NCBI GenBank assembly: GCA_947494335.1
Contig: CANLUT010000002.1
Location: 579,904-643,903 of the forward strand
Source of the DNA: Oligoflexales bacterium
Lineage (GTDB): Bacteria > Bdellovibrionota_B > Oligoflexia > Oligoflexales > RGVZ01
Direction: 5' to 3'
DNA length: 64,000 nt
The notes below the pieces were generated by a model that searched no databases, was not told the origin of the DNA, and was given only the letters and a program-made list of their open reading frames with translations. Made by a program: the position numbers and the translations under genes. Below are positions 53,887-63,750 of this stretch, one piece after another (positions within the stretch are counted from its first letter, which is position 1; the number at the start of each line of letters is the position of its first letter).

Positions 53887-54948
53887 GTGACGGTCGAAGT
53901 TTCAAGATCGCTCTTACTTCATCTTCCCGAGCTCATAGAAATCCAGCGATTGGTATCCCATGCTGCAAAAGATTTGGTGCGCGTCGAAGAACTGGTCACG
54001 GTTCGCCACAAGGACTTGTCGCTGCCGGTGATGGCCCTTGAAATTGGTAGTAAAGATCCAAAATCGCCAGCGTTTTTCCTTACAGGTGGAGTCCATGGTC
54101 TTGAGCGCATTGGAACGCGCGTTATCATCTCTTATCTCAAAACGTTAACCCATTTGGCCCATTGGGACGCATCAACTCGAGAGCTCTTAGCCCGAGTTCG
54201 GTTTTGTCTGATACCCATTGTAAATCCCATTGGCATGTACCTGGGGCGCCGTTCTAATGGTAACGGCATAGATTTAATGAGAAATGCTCCTGTAGAGGCG
54301 CAAGCAGGCAGCCGCGTCGGAATTGCTGGAGGCCACCGGATCTCCAATCGATTGCCTTGGTATCGAGGCTCTGTAGGTGCTCACATGGAGATCGAAAACC
54401 AGGCCTTTGTAAAGTATTTTGAGGAGACTTTTGCGAAGTCATCGTCTGTCATTGCCCTTGACGTCCACAGCGGCTTTGGCGCCGTTGACCGCATCTGGTT
54501 TCCCTATGCTCGGACAACTGCCCCCTTTCCAAATCTTCAGGAGGTCTTTCTCCTAAACCAAATGCTAGACAAAGTTTATCCCCATCATATCTACAAGGTC
54601 GAGCCGCAGTCAGCTAGCTACACAACCCACGGAGATGTCTGGGACTATCTTTATGACCGCAGGCGTGTGGCAGGTGGTTCGGTGTTTTTGCCTCTGACAC
54701 TGGAGCTCGGTTCCTGGCTCTGGATCAAGAAAAATCCTCGCCAGCTGTTCTCTGGGCTCGGGATCTTTAACCCTTTACTGCCTCACCGGACTTCCCGAAT
54801 CCTGAGGCGGCATCTTCTTCTATTGGATTTTCTTATGAGAGCGGCCGCCACTCCCGCCATGTGGTGCCAGGGGCTCGGTGCCCATTACTCCGCTGACGAC
54901 ATCCAGCGGATGGCTAATGCTCGCTGGTATGAGAAAAAGGCTGCTTGA
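53887..54948 (+). CDS. M14-like zinc carboxypeptidase / AstE-AspA-like hydrolase family protein
   Basis: GGVHGLERIG is an HxxE zinc motif; NPIG and LDVHSG are also present. GTG start. Confidence 0.5.
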   Translation: MTVEVSRSLLLHLPELIEIQRLVSHAAKDLVRVEELVTVRHKDLSLPVMALEIGSKDPKSPAFFLTGGVHGLERIGTRVIISYLKTLTHLAHWDASTRELLARVRFCLIPIVNPIGMYLGRRSNGNGIDLMRNAPVEAQAGSRVGIAGGHRISNRLPWYRGSVGAHMEIENQAFVKYFEETFAKSSSVIALDVHSGFGAVDRIWFPYARTTAPFPNLQEVFLLNQMLDKVYPHHIYKVEPQSASYTTHGDVWDYLYDRRRVAGGSVFLPLTLELGSWLWIKKNPRQLFSGLGIFNPLLPHRTSRILRRHLLLLDFLMRAAATPAMWCQGLGAHYSADDIQRMANARWYEKKAA

Positions 54949-54965
54949 GCGGCCTTTCTTTTTTT
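54937..54965 (+). terminator. Rho-independent terminator
   Basis: AAGGCTGC-ttga-GCGGCCTT hairpin followed by TCTTTTTTTT. It overlaps the stop codon of the upstream gene. Confidence 0.5.
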
Positions 54966-54996
54966 AAATAATCCTCCAATAAATTCCTAATATCCC

Positions 54997-55026
54997 TTGA
55001 CACCAACACGTCTCAAGGGATACATA
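54997..55026 (+). promoter_or_regulatory. Candidate promoter of the S10 ribosomal protein operon
   Basis: Perfect -35 TTGACA (54997-55002), a 17-18 nt spacer, then ATACAT/TACATA. The -35 lies inside the inverted repeat CCCTTGA(12 nt)TCAAGGG. A leader of about 135 nt precedes rpsJ. Confidence 0.35.
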
Positions 55027-55161
55027 CGGCGTCTCTATTTTTCAGGCACGCCTGCTTAGCCAAGCCTCTGCCATCTAAATCGCAAGCCCCGCGACGCTCG
55101 GTTACCCTGAAAAAAGAATAAGTTCAGTAAGTTGTGAACCATCTTTACAGGGTCTCAAAAC

Positions 55162-55479
55162 ATGGAAAATCAAAACATCAGAATCCGTTTACGTGGCTAT
55201 GACCACAAGCTGATCGACAACGCAGCTGCGGACATCGTCGAGCGCGCCAAGAGAACTGGTGCTCGTGTCGCCGGTCCGATTCCGTTGCCAACTGCCATCA
55301 GCCGCTACACAGTCCTCCGCAGTCCACACGTGGACAAGAAGAGCCGTGAGCAGTTTGAAATTCGTACGCACAAGCGCATGCTCGATATCCTCGAAGCAAA
55401 GCAGCAAACCATTGACGCACTCATGAAGCTAGACTTGGCTTCTGGTGTCGACGTCGATATCAAGCTGACTAAGAAGTAA
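55162..55479 (+). CDS. rpsJ: 30S ribosomal protein S10
   Basis: [14 protein letters not shown]...GPIPLPT...[14 protein letters not shown]. Confidence 0.95.
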   Translation: MENQNIRIRLRGYDHKLIDNAAADIVERAKRTGARVAGPIPLPTAISRYTVLRSPHVDKKSREQFEIRTHKRMLDILEAKQQTIDALMKLDLASGVDVDIKLTKK

Positions 55480-55523
55480 GAAGCGTTTGTTCTCGTTAAC
55501 CCCGTAGAAAGCAGGTCTGAGAA

Positions 55524-56162
55524 ATGACTACTCCAAAAGGATTGGTAGCTAAAAAGATCGGAATGACACGCATGGTCGGCAAAGACGGCCAGATGATTGC
55601 TGTCACTCTGCTCCAAGTTGAAAACCAGAAAGTAACAAAAGTTCTAACCAAAGAGCGTGATGGATATGACGCTTATCAAGTTGGTTACAAGGAAACTAAA
55701 GAGAAGAATCTTGGAAAGCCTGACGTTGCGCGTATGCGTAAGGTCAATGTGAATGAAAACTTCACATGCTTTAAAGAATTCCGCACTGAAGCGCCTGTGG
55801 CTATTGAGCTCGGTACTCAGTTGACAACGGATCTACTAAACGGCGTTACAGCTGTGGACGTGACCGGACTCACAAAGGGCCGTGGATTCTCCGGCTCTGT
55901 TAAGCGTTGGGATACGGCTGTTGGTCGTTGGTCACACGGTTCTCGTTTCCACCGCAGTCCAGGATCTCTTGGTACACGTACCACTCCAGGTCGCGTATTC
56001 ATGGGTAAAAAGATTCCTGGTGTTTATGGAACCGAGCAAGTCACAATCCAAAACCTAAACGTTGTGGATGTTGATGCAGAAAACAGCTTGATCGCGTTAA
56101 GTGGCGCCGTACCGGGACACCGTAACGGTTACCTTTTCATCAAACCATCCATCAAAGCGTGA
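55524..56162 (+). CDS. rplC: 50S ribosomal protein L3
   Basis: [12 protein letters not shown]...; GKGFSG..KRW. Confidence 0.95.
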   Translation: MTTPKGLVAKKIGMTRMVGKDGQMIAVTLLQVENQKVTKVLTKERDGYDAYQVGYKETKEKNLGKPDVARMRKVNVNENFTCFKEFRTEAPVAIELGTQLTTDLLNGVTAVDVTGLTKGRGFSGSVKRWDTAVGRWSHGSRFHRSPGSLGTRTTPGRVFMGKKIPGVYGTEQVTIQNLNVVDVDAENSLIALSGAVPGHRNGYLFIKPSIKA

Positions 56163-56181
56163 TCGGAGAGGAAGGTAACAA

Positions 56182-56823
56182 ATGGGAACTCAAATGGAAA
56201 TTCAAGTAAAAGATATCAGTGGCAAGGCCGTAAAGAAAGTTGCTCTTTCGAGTGACGTCTTTGGTGTTGAGATGAATGAACACCTTCTTCATCTTGTTGT
56301 AAAAGCTTACCAGGCAAATCGTCGTCAGGGTACTCATGCTACCAAGACAAAAGCGATGGTAGCTGGTGGTGGAAAGAAGCCATTCAAGCAAAAAGGAACT
56401 GGCGAAGCGCGTCAAGGCTCAAGCCGTTCTCCTTTGAATCCAGGCGGCGGTGTATCGCATGGTCCACAACCACGTGACTACAATGAGAAGGTCAATGCCC
56501 GTTCGAAGCAAGTGGCTCTGGCTGTCGCGCTTAGCGATAAAGTACGCCACAACCGCTTGATTGTTGTCGATGACTTCAAAGTTGCTGGCAAGCCTAGCAC
56601 TAAGCACGTTGTTAATGCTCTCAAAGCTCTGAAAGCAGAGAAAGCTTTGGTTCTTGATGAGCGCAAAGACGACTTACTCTTCCGTTCGACTCGCAACATT
56701 CACGGTGCAGCTTGCGTTGCTCCAGCCGAAGTCAATGCTGAGCACGTTCTACGTTACGAAAACTTTGTCATCAGCATAACTGGACTTGACGCTCTCCAGC
56801 AGCGCTTTCAAGGGGGCAAATAA
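56182..56823 (+). CDS. rplD: 50S ribosomal protein L4
   Basis: QGTHATKTKAMVAGGGKKPFKQKGTGEARQGS. Alternative ATG at 56194. Confidence 0.93.
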   Translation: MGTQMEIQVKDISGKAVKKVALSSDVFGVEMNEHLLHLVVKAYQANRRQGTHATKTKAMVAGGGKKPFKQKGTGEARQGSSRSPLNPGGGVSHGPQPRDYNEKVNARSKQVALAVALSDKVRHNRLIVVDDFKVAGKPSTKHVVNALKALKAEKALVLDERKDDLLFRSTRNIHGAACVAPAEVNAEHVLRYENFVISITGLDALQQRFQGGK

Positions 56824-57110
56824 TGAATTCGTTTCAAATTCTCTCTAAGCCAGTATTGTCCGAGAAGAGTACGCTCGTTCGTGAGGACCTGAAGCAGTAC
56901 ACCTTCAAAGTCGATCTTCGCGCTACGAAGACAGATGTTCGCAAAGCGATCGAGACTGTTTACGGAGTTAAAGTTGTCAAAGTTCAAACTTTGATCACAC
57001 GCGGCAAAGTAGTTCGTAAGGGAAACAGCGTTTCTCTGACGAGCAAGACAAAGAAAGCGGTAGTGACACTTGTCGAAGGTGCGAAGCTTCCGTTGTTTGA
57101 AGAGCAATAA
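56823..57110 (+). CDS. rplW: 50S ribosomal protein L23
   Basis: L23 pattern (LSEKST...YTFKVD..ATKTDVRKAIE). The ATG overlaps the rplD stop. Confidence 0.93.
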   Translation: MNSFQILSKPVLSEKSTLVREDLKQYTFKVDLRATKTDVRKAIETVYGVKVVKVQTLITRGKVVRKGNSVSLTSKTKKAVVTLVEGAKLPLFEEQ

Positions 57111-57136
57111 AACAAAGCTGATAAGGAAAACCAGAA

Positions 57137-57964
57137 ATGGCTATCAAGCAATACAAACCAACTACTCCAGGTCGTCGCGGCGCCTCCGTCGTCGACTTCT
57201 CGCAGCTCGACAAAGTGAAGCCACTTTCTCAAGCGCTTGAGAGTATGAAAGAGCACTCCGGTCGTAACAACACCGGTCGCATCACAATCCGTCATCAAGG
57301 CGGCGGAGCTCGTCGTCACTATCGTTTGATCGACTGGCGTCGTGACAAACTCGATATTGTCGGCAAGGTTGAGTACGTTGAGTACGATCCGAACCGCAGC
57401 GCATTCATCGCGCGCGTTCTCTACAAAGACGGTGATCGTCGCTACATTCTTTGTCCAGATGGCCTTGCCAAGGGTGACGAAGTTGTAAGTTCCAAGACGG
57501 CTGACGTTAAGGTCGGCAACGCAATGCCTCTGAGCAATGTTCCTGTTGGTACATTCGTTCACAACATTGAAATGCGTCCCGGTAAAGGCGGCCAAATGGC
57601 TCGCTCAGCTGGTACCTACGCTCAGCTGATGGGTCGTGTAGAAGGCTACGCTCAGCTTCGTATGCCAAGTGGTGAAATGCGCCGCGTTCCAGAAGAATGC
57701 TTCGCCTCCATTGGTCAGGTAGGAAACAAAGATCACTTCAACGAGACGATCGGTAAAGCAGGTCGTAGCCGTTGGCTTGGTATCCGTCCAACTGTTCGCG
57801 GTTGTACGATGAACCCTGTTGACCATCCGCACGGTGGTGGTGAGGGTCGCGGTAAGGGTGGTAAGCACCCAGTATCTCCTTGGGCACAGCCAACCAAGGG
57901 TTACAAAACTCGTAAGAACAAGCGTACCGCGAAGAACATCATTCGCGATCGTCGTCAGAAGTAA
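57137..57964 (+). CDS. rplB: 50S ribosomal protein L2
   Basis: GRNN.GRIT.RHQGGG; [13 protein letters not shown]. Confidence 0.96.
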   Translation: MAIKQYKPTTPGRRGASVVDFSQLDKVKPLSQALESMKEHSGRNNTGRITIRHQGGGARRHYRLIDWRRDKLDIVGKVEYVEYDPNRSAFIARVLYKDGDRRYILCPDGLAKGDEVVSSKTADVKVGNAMPLSNVPVGTFVHNIEMRPGKGGQMARSAGTYAQLMGRVEGYAQLRMPSGEMRRVPEECFASIGQVGNKDHFNETIGKAGRSRWLGIRPTVRGCTMNPVDHPHGGGEGRGKGGKHPVSPWAQPTKGYKTRKNKRTAKNIIRDRRQK

Positions 57965-57979
57965 TAGGAGGACACGCAC

Positions 57980-58252
57980 GTGGCTCGTTCACTCAAAAAA
58001 GGTCCGTTTGTTGATAATTACCTGTTCAAAAAGGCTGAACAGGGAAAGAAAGATAAAAAGCCTATCAAGACGTGGAGCCGTCGCTCTACGATTCTCCCAG
58101 AGTTTGTTGGTTTGACCTTCGCTGTGCACAACGGCAACAAGTTCGTAACGATTCCTGTTACTGAGCACATGGTTGGTCATAAGTTTGGCGAATTTGCTCC
58201 GACTCGTACCTTCCATGGTCACGGGGACGACAAAAAAGCCCCTAAAGCGTAA
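57980..58252 (+). CDS. rpsS: 30S ribosomal protein S19
   Basis: [11 protein letters not shown]...VHNGNKF...[15 protein letters not shown] start. Confidence 0.95.
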   Translation: MARSLKKGPFVDNYLFKKAEQGKKDKKPIKTWSRRSTILPEFVGLTFAVHNGNKFVTIPVTEHMVGHKFGEFAPTRTFHGHGDDKKAPKA

Positions 58253-58271
58253 TTGAGAGAGGCAGATCATT

Positions 58272-58601
58272 ATGTATCAGGCAGTACTCAAGAATGTTCG
58301 TATATCGCCCCGCAAGATGCGTCTTGTCGCGGACCTAGTCCGTGGAAAACAAGTCCAGCTTGCGATGGACACGTTGCAGCTCACCAATAAGAAGGGTGCG
58401 CGCATCATGTCTAAAGTTTTGAAGTCAGCGATCAGCAACGCTTCAGACGTGGCAACTATTGATGTGGATCGTCTACATATCGCGGAAGTGACTGTAGATA
58501 TGGGGCCGGCCCTCCGGCGCTTCATTCCTCGCGCACAGGGTCGCGCGACACCGGTCAAAAAGCGGATGTCGCATGTAACTCTGCGTGTCAAGGAAGTCTG
58601 A
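58272..58601 (+). CDS. rplV: 50S ribosomal protein L22
   Basis: ISPRKMRLVADLVRGK...RAQGRATPVKKRMSHVT. Confidence 0.95.
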   Translation: MYQAVLKNVRISPRKMRLVADLVRGKQVQLAMDTLQLTNKKGARIMSKVLKSAISNASDVATIDVDRLHIAEVTVDMGPALRRFIPRAQGRATPVKKRMSHVTLRVKEV

Positions 58602-58632
58602 TTAAACTCAAGAAAGGAAGAGGTCAGAAAGC

Positions 58633-59271
58633 GTGGGACAGAAAGTAAATCCAATTGGTTTTAGATTAGGCATCACTCGTACGTGGTCATCTCGCTGGTT
58701 TGCGGACAATAAATACAAGTCCCTTCTCCAGGAAGACATTGAGATCCGTAAGTTTATCAATAAGAAGTTCGAAGCCGCTGGCGTTTCCCATGTGGAAATT
58801 GAGCGCGCAGCTCGTAACCTTAAGATTAACATCCACAGCAGCCGCCCCGGTATCATCATCGGTAAGAAAGGCGCTGGAGCTGACGATCTTAAGAAGGAAA
58901 TCGTAACGAAGTGCAAGATCAAGTCCGGTGATCCAGTTCTAAACGTATTTGAAGTAAAGAAGCCTGACTTGGACGCTAAACTCGTTGCTGAAAATATTCG
59001 TCAGCAGCTTGAAAAGCGCGTGTCGTTCCGCCGTGCAATGAAAAAGGCGATGACACAGTCGATTAAAGCTGGCGCAAAAGGCATTAAGGTCAGTCTTTCA
59101 GGACGCCTTGGTGGAGCAGACATGTCCCGCACAGAGCGCTATATGGAAGGTCGTGTTCCTCTCCATACGATGCGCGCTGATATCGACTATGCAACAGCTG
59201 AAGCTTACACAACTTATGGCCTAACAGGCGTTAAGGTGTGGATCTTCAAAGGCGACATTCTTACTAACTGA
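58633..59271 (+). CDS. rpsC: 30S ribosomal protein S3
   Basis: [12 protein letters not shown]; GRLGGA.M.R.E...GRVPLHT. GTG start. Confidence 0.95.
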   Translation: MGQKVNPIGFRLGITRTWSSRWFADNKYKSLLQEDIEIRKFINKKFEAAGVSHVEIERAARNLKINIHSSRPGIIIGKKGAGADDLKKEIVTKCKIKSGDPVLNVFEVKKPDLDAKLVAENIRQQLEKRVSFRRAMKKAMTQSIKAGAKGIKVSLSGRLGGADMSRTERYMEGRVPLHTMRADIDYATAEAYTTYGLTGVKVWIFKGDILTN

Positions 59272-59299
59272 TTTTTACTTAAGCTGAGAGGAAAGCACA

Positions 59300-59722
59300 A
59301 TGCTAGCCCCTAAGAGATTAAAATACCGCAAGTCCCACAAAGGACGCATCAAGGGTAAGGCCAAAGGCGGCACCGAGTTGACAAAAGGTGACTACGGTCT
59401 AATGGCTCTTGAATCTGGCAAGGTGACTGCTCGTCAAATCGAAGCAGCCCGTATTGCCATGACCCGTCACATTAAGCGTGGTGGAGAAGTTCTAATCAAG
59501 ATCTTCCCAGATAAGCCTATCACCAAGAAGCCTGCGGAGACCCGAATGGGCTCTGGTAAAGGTGGCGTAGAGTACTACATCGCGGTGATCAAACCAGGCA
59601 AAATCCTTTATGAAATGGCCGGTGTCGATAAGGCTGTGGCGTCTGAGGCTCTCGGCCTTGCCGCTGCCAAGCTCAACATCAAGACGAAACTCATCACCAG
59701 ACAAGATGATCCGTGGGGTTAA
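59300..59722 (+). CDS. rplP: 50S ribosomal protein L16
   Basis: [16 protein letters not shown]...RMGSGKG. Confidence 0.95.
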   Translation: MLAPKRLKYRKSHKGRIKGKAKGGTELTKGDYGLMALESGKVTARQIEAARIAMTRHIKRGGEVLIKIFPDKPITKKPAETRMGSGKGGVEYYIAVIKPGKILYEMAGVDKAVASEALGLAAAKLNIKTKLITRQDDPWG

Positions 59723-59725
59723 GTT

Positions 59726-59953
59726 ATGGATATCAATAAGCTAAATGTAAAAGAAGTGCGCGCCATGGACTCCAAGAAAATTGGAGATGCTGCCAAGTTG
59801 ATTCGTAAAGAGCTTGTCGGCCTTCGTATGGACGTGTATAACGCCGGTCCACAGTCTAAGAGCAAGTCTCGTAACCTGCGTAAGACGCTGGCTCGCCTGC
59901 TCACAGTCAGTGGTGAGAAGACCAACGCAGTCGCTCAAAAAAGCAAGAAATAA
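59726..59953 (+). CDS. rpmC: 50S ribosomal protein L29
   Basis: Position between L16 and S17, with an L29-like helical pattern (ELVGLRMD...SRNLRKTLARLLTV). Confidence 0.85.
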   Translation: MDINKLNVKEVRAMDSKKIGDAAKLIRKELVGLRMDVYNAGPQSKSKSRNLRKTLARLLTVSGEKTNAVAQKSKK

Positions 59954-59965
59954 TAAGAGGCAACA

Positions 59966-60232
59966 ATGAGTCAGGCATCCGAAACCAACAAAACTGTAAA
60001 AGAAATTCGCTGCGTTGTAACCAGCGACAAGATGGCGAAGTCCCGCGTTGGCGTCGTCGAGCGCCTAGTGAAGCACCCGCTCGCAGGCAAGTACATCCGT
60101 CGTCGCACGAAGCTAATGTTTCATGATGACACGAATCAATCAAAGATTGGTGACGAGGTGATCATCACCCCTAGCCGTCCATTGAGTGCAAGAAAGAAGT
60201 TCACCTTGGTACGAGTTGTACGTAAGGCGTAA
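59966..60232 (+). CDS. rpsQ: 30S ribosomal protein S17
   Basis: [38 protein letters not shown]. Confidence 0.93.
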   Translation: MSQASETNKTVKEIRCVVTSDKMAKSRVGVVERLVKHPLAGKYIRRRTKLMFHDDTNQSKIGDEVIITPSRPLSARKKFTLVRVVRKA

Positions 60233-60290
60233 TTTAGGTTCGATTGGGTGCTTGTATCAAGCAAGCGCGAAACTTATAGGAGCGAACGAA

Positions 60291-60662
60291 ATGATCCAGA
60301 TGGAAACAGTCCTCGCGGCAGGGGACAACTCAGGAGCTAAGAGGCTGAAGTGCTTCAAAGTGCTGGGTGGAAGTAAGAAGAAGTATGCCTCCGTCGGCGA
60401 TATCATCGTAGTCTCGGTCAAAGAGGCGGTCGCCAACAGCAAGGTAGCAAAAGGCTCCGTGCACAAGGCAGTCGTTGTCCGCACTACGAAAGAAATCAAG
60501 CGCAAAGATGGTTCTACCATCCGCTTTGATCAGAATGCTGCGGTACTCATCAAAGGCAAAGATAACGAGCCAGTCGGCACCCGTATTTTCGGGCCGGTAG
60601 CACGTGAAGTTCGTGTAGCGGGTTTTGGTCGCATTGCGTCCCTCGCTCCCGAAGTATTGTAA
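60291..60662 (+). CDS. rplN: 50S ribosomal protein L14
   Basis: [17 protein letters not shown]...; ends ...IASLAPEVL. Start set to ATG 60291 after TAGGAG. The track's 35-codon extension is spurious. Confidence 0.95.
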   Translation: MIQMETVLAAGDNSGAKRLKCFKVLGGSKKKYASVGDIIVVSVKEAVANSKVAKGSVHKAVVVRTTKEIKRKDGSTIRFDQNAAVLIKGKDNEPVGTRIFGPVAREVRVAGFGRIASLAPEVL

Positions 60663-60698
60663 TTGACACTCAACGATTGTTCGAAAGTGAGAACAACA

Positions 60699-61244
60699 AT
60701 GGATATGCCAAGACTTCAAAAACAGTATGAAAAAGATTTCCGCGCAGCTCTCGTAAAAGAGCTGGGTCTCAAAAACGTGATGCAGGTCCCACAATTGAAA
60801 AAAATCGTGGTCAACATCGGTCAAGGGGAAGCGACTCAGAACATCAAAACTCTGGAAGCTGCTGCCGCTGAGTTAGCTGCCATCACTGGCCAAAAGCCGG
60901 TTTTGACTCGCGCTAAGAAGAGCATCGCAACATTTAAACTTCGTCAGGGTGCACCGATCGGTTGCTCGGTGACTCTTCGCCGTGCGCGCATGTGGGAATT
61001 CCTCGACCGTTTTATCAACGTGTCTGTTCCTCGCGTTCGCGACTTTAAGGGATTCACCCCGAAAGCGTTTGACGGTCGTGGAAACTACACTGTCGGTGTG
61101 AAAGAGCAGATTATTTTCCCGGAAATCGATTATGACAAGGTCGACAAAATCCGTGGAATGGGGATTACTTTTGTAACGAGCTCTGAAAACGACGCTCATG
61201 CAAAAGCCCTGCTTGATAAATTCAACTTCCCGTTCCGTAAATAA
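60699..61244 (+). CDS. rplE: 50S ribosomal protein L5
   Basis: [38 protein letters not shown]... Start at ATG 60699 or 60705. Confidence 0.93.
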   Translation: MDMPRLQKQYEKDFRAALVKELGLKNVMQVPQLKKIVVNIGQGEATQNIKTLEAAAAELAAITGQKPVLTRAKKSIATFKLRQGAPIGCSVTLRRARMWEFLDRFINVSVPRVRDFKGFTPKAFDGRGNYTVGVKEQIIFPEIDYDKVDKIRGMGITFVTSSENDAHAKALLDKFNFPFRK

Positions 61245-61273
61245 TCAGGACGCCCAGAGGATAGGAGCTCAAA

Positions 61274-61459
61274 ATGGCAACTAAAGCCATGATCGAAAAA
61301 GCAAACAAGAAGCCAAAGTTTTCAACTCGTGCCTACACACGTTGCACCAATTGTGGTCGCCCCAAAGCGGTTTATCGCAAGTTCGGCGTTTGCCGTATTT
61401 GCTTCCGCTTGATGGCCCTCAAGGGACTGCTCCCGGGTGTAAAAAAGGCTTCTTGGTAA
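61274..61459 (+). CDS. rpsN: 30S ribosomal protein S14, short zinc-binding (type Z) form
   Basis: 61 aa with CTNCGRP...CRIC (four Cys). Confidence 0.93.
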   Translation: MATKAMIEKANKKPKFSTRAYTRCTNCGRPKAVYRKFGVCRICFRLMALKGLLPGVKKASW

Positions 61460-61492
61460 TCAACCGACTGCAAGATTTTTGGAGATAAAAAT

Positions 61493-61891
61493 ATGCGCGC
61501 AAATGACCCAATCGCAGATCTTCTCACCAGGATCCGCAACGCACAGCAAGCAAAACACGAAGTTGTTTCTGTGCCAGCATCTATGGTGAAGATTGCTGTG
61601 ACCCACATCCTTAAGGATGAAGGCTTCATCAAAAACTATAAGTGTATCCGCGACCGCAAACAGGGCGTTATCAAAATCGCTCTTAAGTACACTGACGACG
61701 GTCAAGGCGCTATCCGCAACATTTCGCGCGTTAGCACTCCGAGTCAGCGTATCTATGTTGGCGTAGACAAAATCCCATACGTTAAAAACGGCTTGGGCGT
61801 AGCAATTCTTTCGACTCCGAAGGGTGTGATGGCTGACCGCGAGGCACGCCAGCTCAACGTCGGTGGCGAACACATCTGTTCCGTTTATTGA
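61493..61891 (+). CDS. rpsH: 30S ribosomal protein S8
   Basis: DPIADLLTRIRNA.... Confidence 0.95.
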   Translation: MRANDPIADLLTRIRNAQQAKHEVVSVPASMVKIAVTHILKDEGFIKNYKCIRDRKQGVIKIALKYTDDGQGAIRNISRVSTPSQRIYVGVDKIPYVKNGLGVAILSTPKGVMADREARQLNVGGEHICSVY

Positions 61892-61909
61892 TCGGCGGAG
61901 GAGTAAAAT

Positions 61910-62452
61910 ATGTCTCGTATTGGTAAGAAACCAGTTGAAATTGTAAAAGGCGTTGAAGTCTCCGTTAGCGGCCAGACTGTCAAGGTTAAGGGTCCAAAGG
62001 GCGCTGTAGAGCGTAAGATTCACGACTCCATGACTGCAGTTGTTGAAGGCGGAGCCGTTAAGGTTGTGCCAAAGACAGCAGGTGTTGAAGATGCCCGTTT
62101 CCACGGTCTGACTCGCACTCTTATCGCAAACATGGTTCACGGTGTGACTCAAGGCTTCTCAAAGACTCTGACACTCGTGGGCGTTGGTTACAAAGCTGCT
62201 CAAAGCGGTAAGAATATCACGCTAAACGTTGGCTACAGCCACCCAGTTGAAATCAAGGCTCCGGCTGGAGTTGAGTTGAAAATTGACAAGGCCGTCAACA
62301 TTGTTGTTTCAGGCCCAGAGAAGGAAGTTGTAGGGCAACTTGCAGCAACTATCCGCGGGATTCGTCCACCTGAGCCATATCATGGCAAGGGCATTCGATA
62401 TATGGATGAAGTGATCGTAACTAAAGTTGGTAAAGCAGCTGGTAAGAAGTAA
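61910..62452 (+). CDS. rplF: 50S ribosomal protein L6
   Basis: MSRIGKKPV...PEPYHGKGIRY. Confidence 0.95.
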   Translation: MSRIGKKPVEIVKGVEVSVSGQTVKVKGPKGAVERKIHDSMTAVVEGGAVKVVPKTAGVEDARFHGLTRTLIANMVHGVTQGFSKTLTLVGVGYKAAQSGKNITLNVGYSHPVEIKAPAGVELKIDKAVNIVVSGPEKEVVGQLAATIRGIRPPEPYHGKGIRYMDEVIVTKVGKAAGKK

Positions 62453-62488
62453 TAACTACTATCGTCCTGCTGTATAAGTGAGGAAACC

Positions 62489-62842
62489 ATGGCAAATAAA
62501 GTCGCAAAAAAGAATGAGCTTCGATTCCGTCGTAAGCTTCGCATCCGTAAAAAGATTTCGGGAACTGCAGAGCGTCCGCGCTTGTCGGTATTCCGCTCTG
62601 CTCGTCACATCACCGCTCAAGTGATTGATGACGTAACAGGTAAGACTCTCGTTGCAGTCAACTCTTATGAAGTTGGTAGCCGTGCAAACAAAGATGTTTG
62701 TACAAAAGTTGGTAAGGACCTTGCCGCGAAGTGCAAGGCTGCCAAGATCGACGCGGTTGTTTTTGATAAGAACGGTTATCGCTACCACGGTCGCATTGCA
62801 GCTCTTGCTGCAGGTGCTCGTGATGGTGGCTTGAACTTCTAA
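62489..62842 (+). CDS. rplR: 50S ribosomal protein L18
   Basis: [20 protein letters not shown]...[26 protein letters not shown]. Confidence 0.95.
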   Translation: MANKVAKKNELRFRRKLRIRKKISGTAERPRLSVFRSARHITAQVIDDVTGKTLVAVNSYEVGSRANKDVCTKVGKDLAAKCKAAKIDAVVFDKNGYRYHGRIAALAAGARDGGLNF

Positions 62843-62883
62843 TTTCGTCTCAGACAACTGATAAAAGAATCGAGGAGAATCTC

Positions 62884-63486
62884 GTGGCAAAAGAACAAAA
62901 AGAAAATAAAGAAGTAAAGAGACCTGATCAGTCCGCTGGCGCAGCGGGTCAAGAAGGTGACGGTTTCCAAGACCGCGTAGTTCACATTGCGCGTGTTGCA
63001 AAGGTTGTGAAGGGCGGTCGTCGCTTTAGCTTCTCTGCTCTCGTGGTAGTGGGTGATGGCAAAGGTCGCGTTGGCTTTGGCTTAGGCAAGGCTGGCGAAG
63101 TTCCCGACGCAATCAAGAAGGGTGCAGATCAGGCTAAGAAAAATCTAGTCAAAGTCGTTGCACTTGATGGAACGATTCCATTTGACGTGACTGGCAAATT
63201 TGGTGCCGCAAAAGTTCTGATGTTCCCCGCAAAAAAGGGAACGGGAACGATTGCCGGTGGTGCGGTTCGTATCATTTGTGAATTGGCTGGTATTCAGGAT
63301 ATCGTTTGTAAGGTGCATGGCACTAAGAACTATCACTCAGTTGTTCGCGCAACTGTAAATGGTTTGACACAGCTCGTATCCCCTGACGATTATGCTGCAA
63401 CTCGAGGAAAGACGCTTGCAGAGGTTCTTCAAGTCCGTGGATCCAAAAAGAAGACAGCAGCAAAAAAGACAGCAGCAGCTAAGTAA
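62884..63486 (+). CDS. rpsE: 30S ribosomal protein S5 (with charged N- and Lys/Ala-rich C-terminal extensions)
   Basis: [42 protein letters not shown] start. The tail is [15 protein letters not shown]. Confidence 0.93.
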   Translation: MAKEQKENKEVKRPDQSAGAAGQEGDGFQDRVVHIARVAKVVKGGRRFSFSALVVVGDGKGRVGFGLGKAGEVPDAIKKGADQAKKNLVKVVALDGTIPFDVTGKFGAAKVLMFPAKKGTGTIAGGAVRIICELAGIQDIVCKVHGTKNYHSVVRATVNGLTQLVSPDDYAATRGKTLAEVLQVRGSKKKTAAKKTAAAK

Positions 63487-63538
63487 TAGAAATGCTCACT
63501 CGCAATGAGAGTGAGATGAAGAAGATAGGAGTTAGAAC

Positions 63539-63721
63539 ATGAGCCAGATTGTTGTGACGCAAAAACGCAGCCTGATCGGCCAATCCGAAGCCAACCAGCG
63601 TGTGGTGAAAGGTTTGGGTCTCGGTCGTATCGGGAAAACTAAGACTCACAAAGACAACAACTGTATCCGCGGCATGATCAACAAGGTTAAGCACCTTGTT
63701 AGCTACGAACTTAAGGCGTGA
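63539..63721 (+). CDS. rpmD: 50S ribosomal protein L30
   Basis: 60 aa; VTQKRSLIGQSEANQRVVKGLGLGRIG. Confidence 0.9.
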   Translation: MSQIVVTQKRSLIGQSEANQRVVKGLGLGRIGKTKTHKDNNCIRGMINKVKHLVSYELKA

Positions 63722-63750
63722 GACGTTGATCTCAACTAGAAGGTGATAAA

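Noticed and set aside
56984-57595. 203-aa ORF antisense to rplB. Similar long antisense ORFs occur at 60330-60824, 61460-62152, 62459-63001 and 63479-63958.
   Set aside because: Each lies fully inside a strongly recognisable ribosomal protein gene on the other strand. The translations are low-complexity and family-less. These are typical shadow ORFs.
60186-60290. 35-codon extension upstream of rplN. I considered whether it, or the 60663-60698 gap, could hide a remnant of rplX.
   Set aside because: The extension has no KOW or L24-like sequence, and TAGGAG plus ATG at 60291 gives a canonical L14 N-terminus. The 36-nt gap is too short to encode anything.
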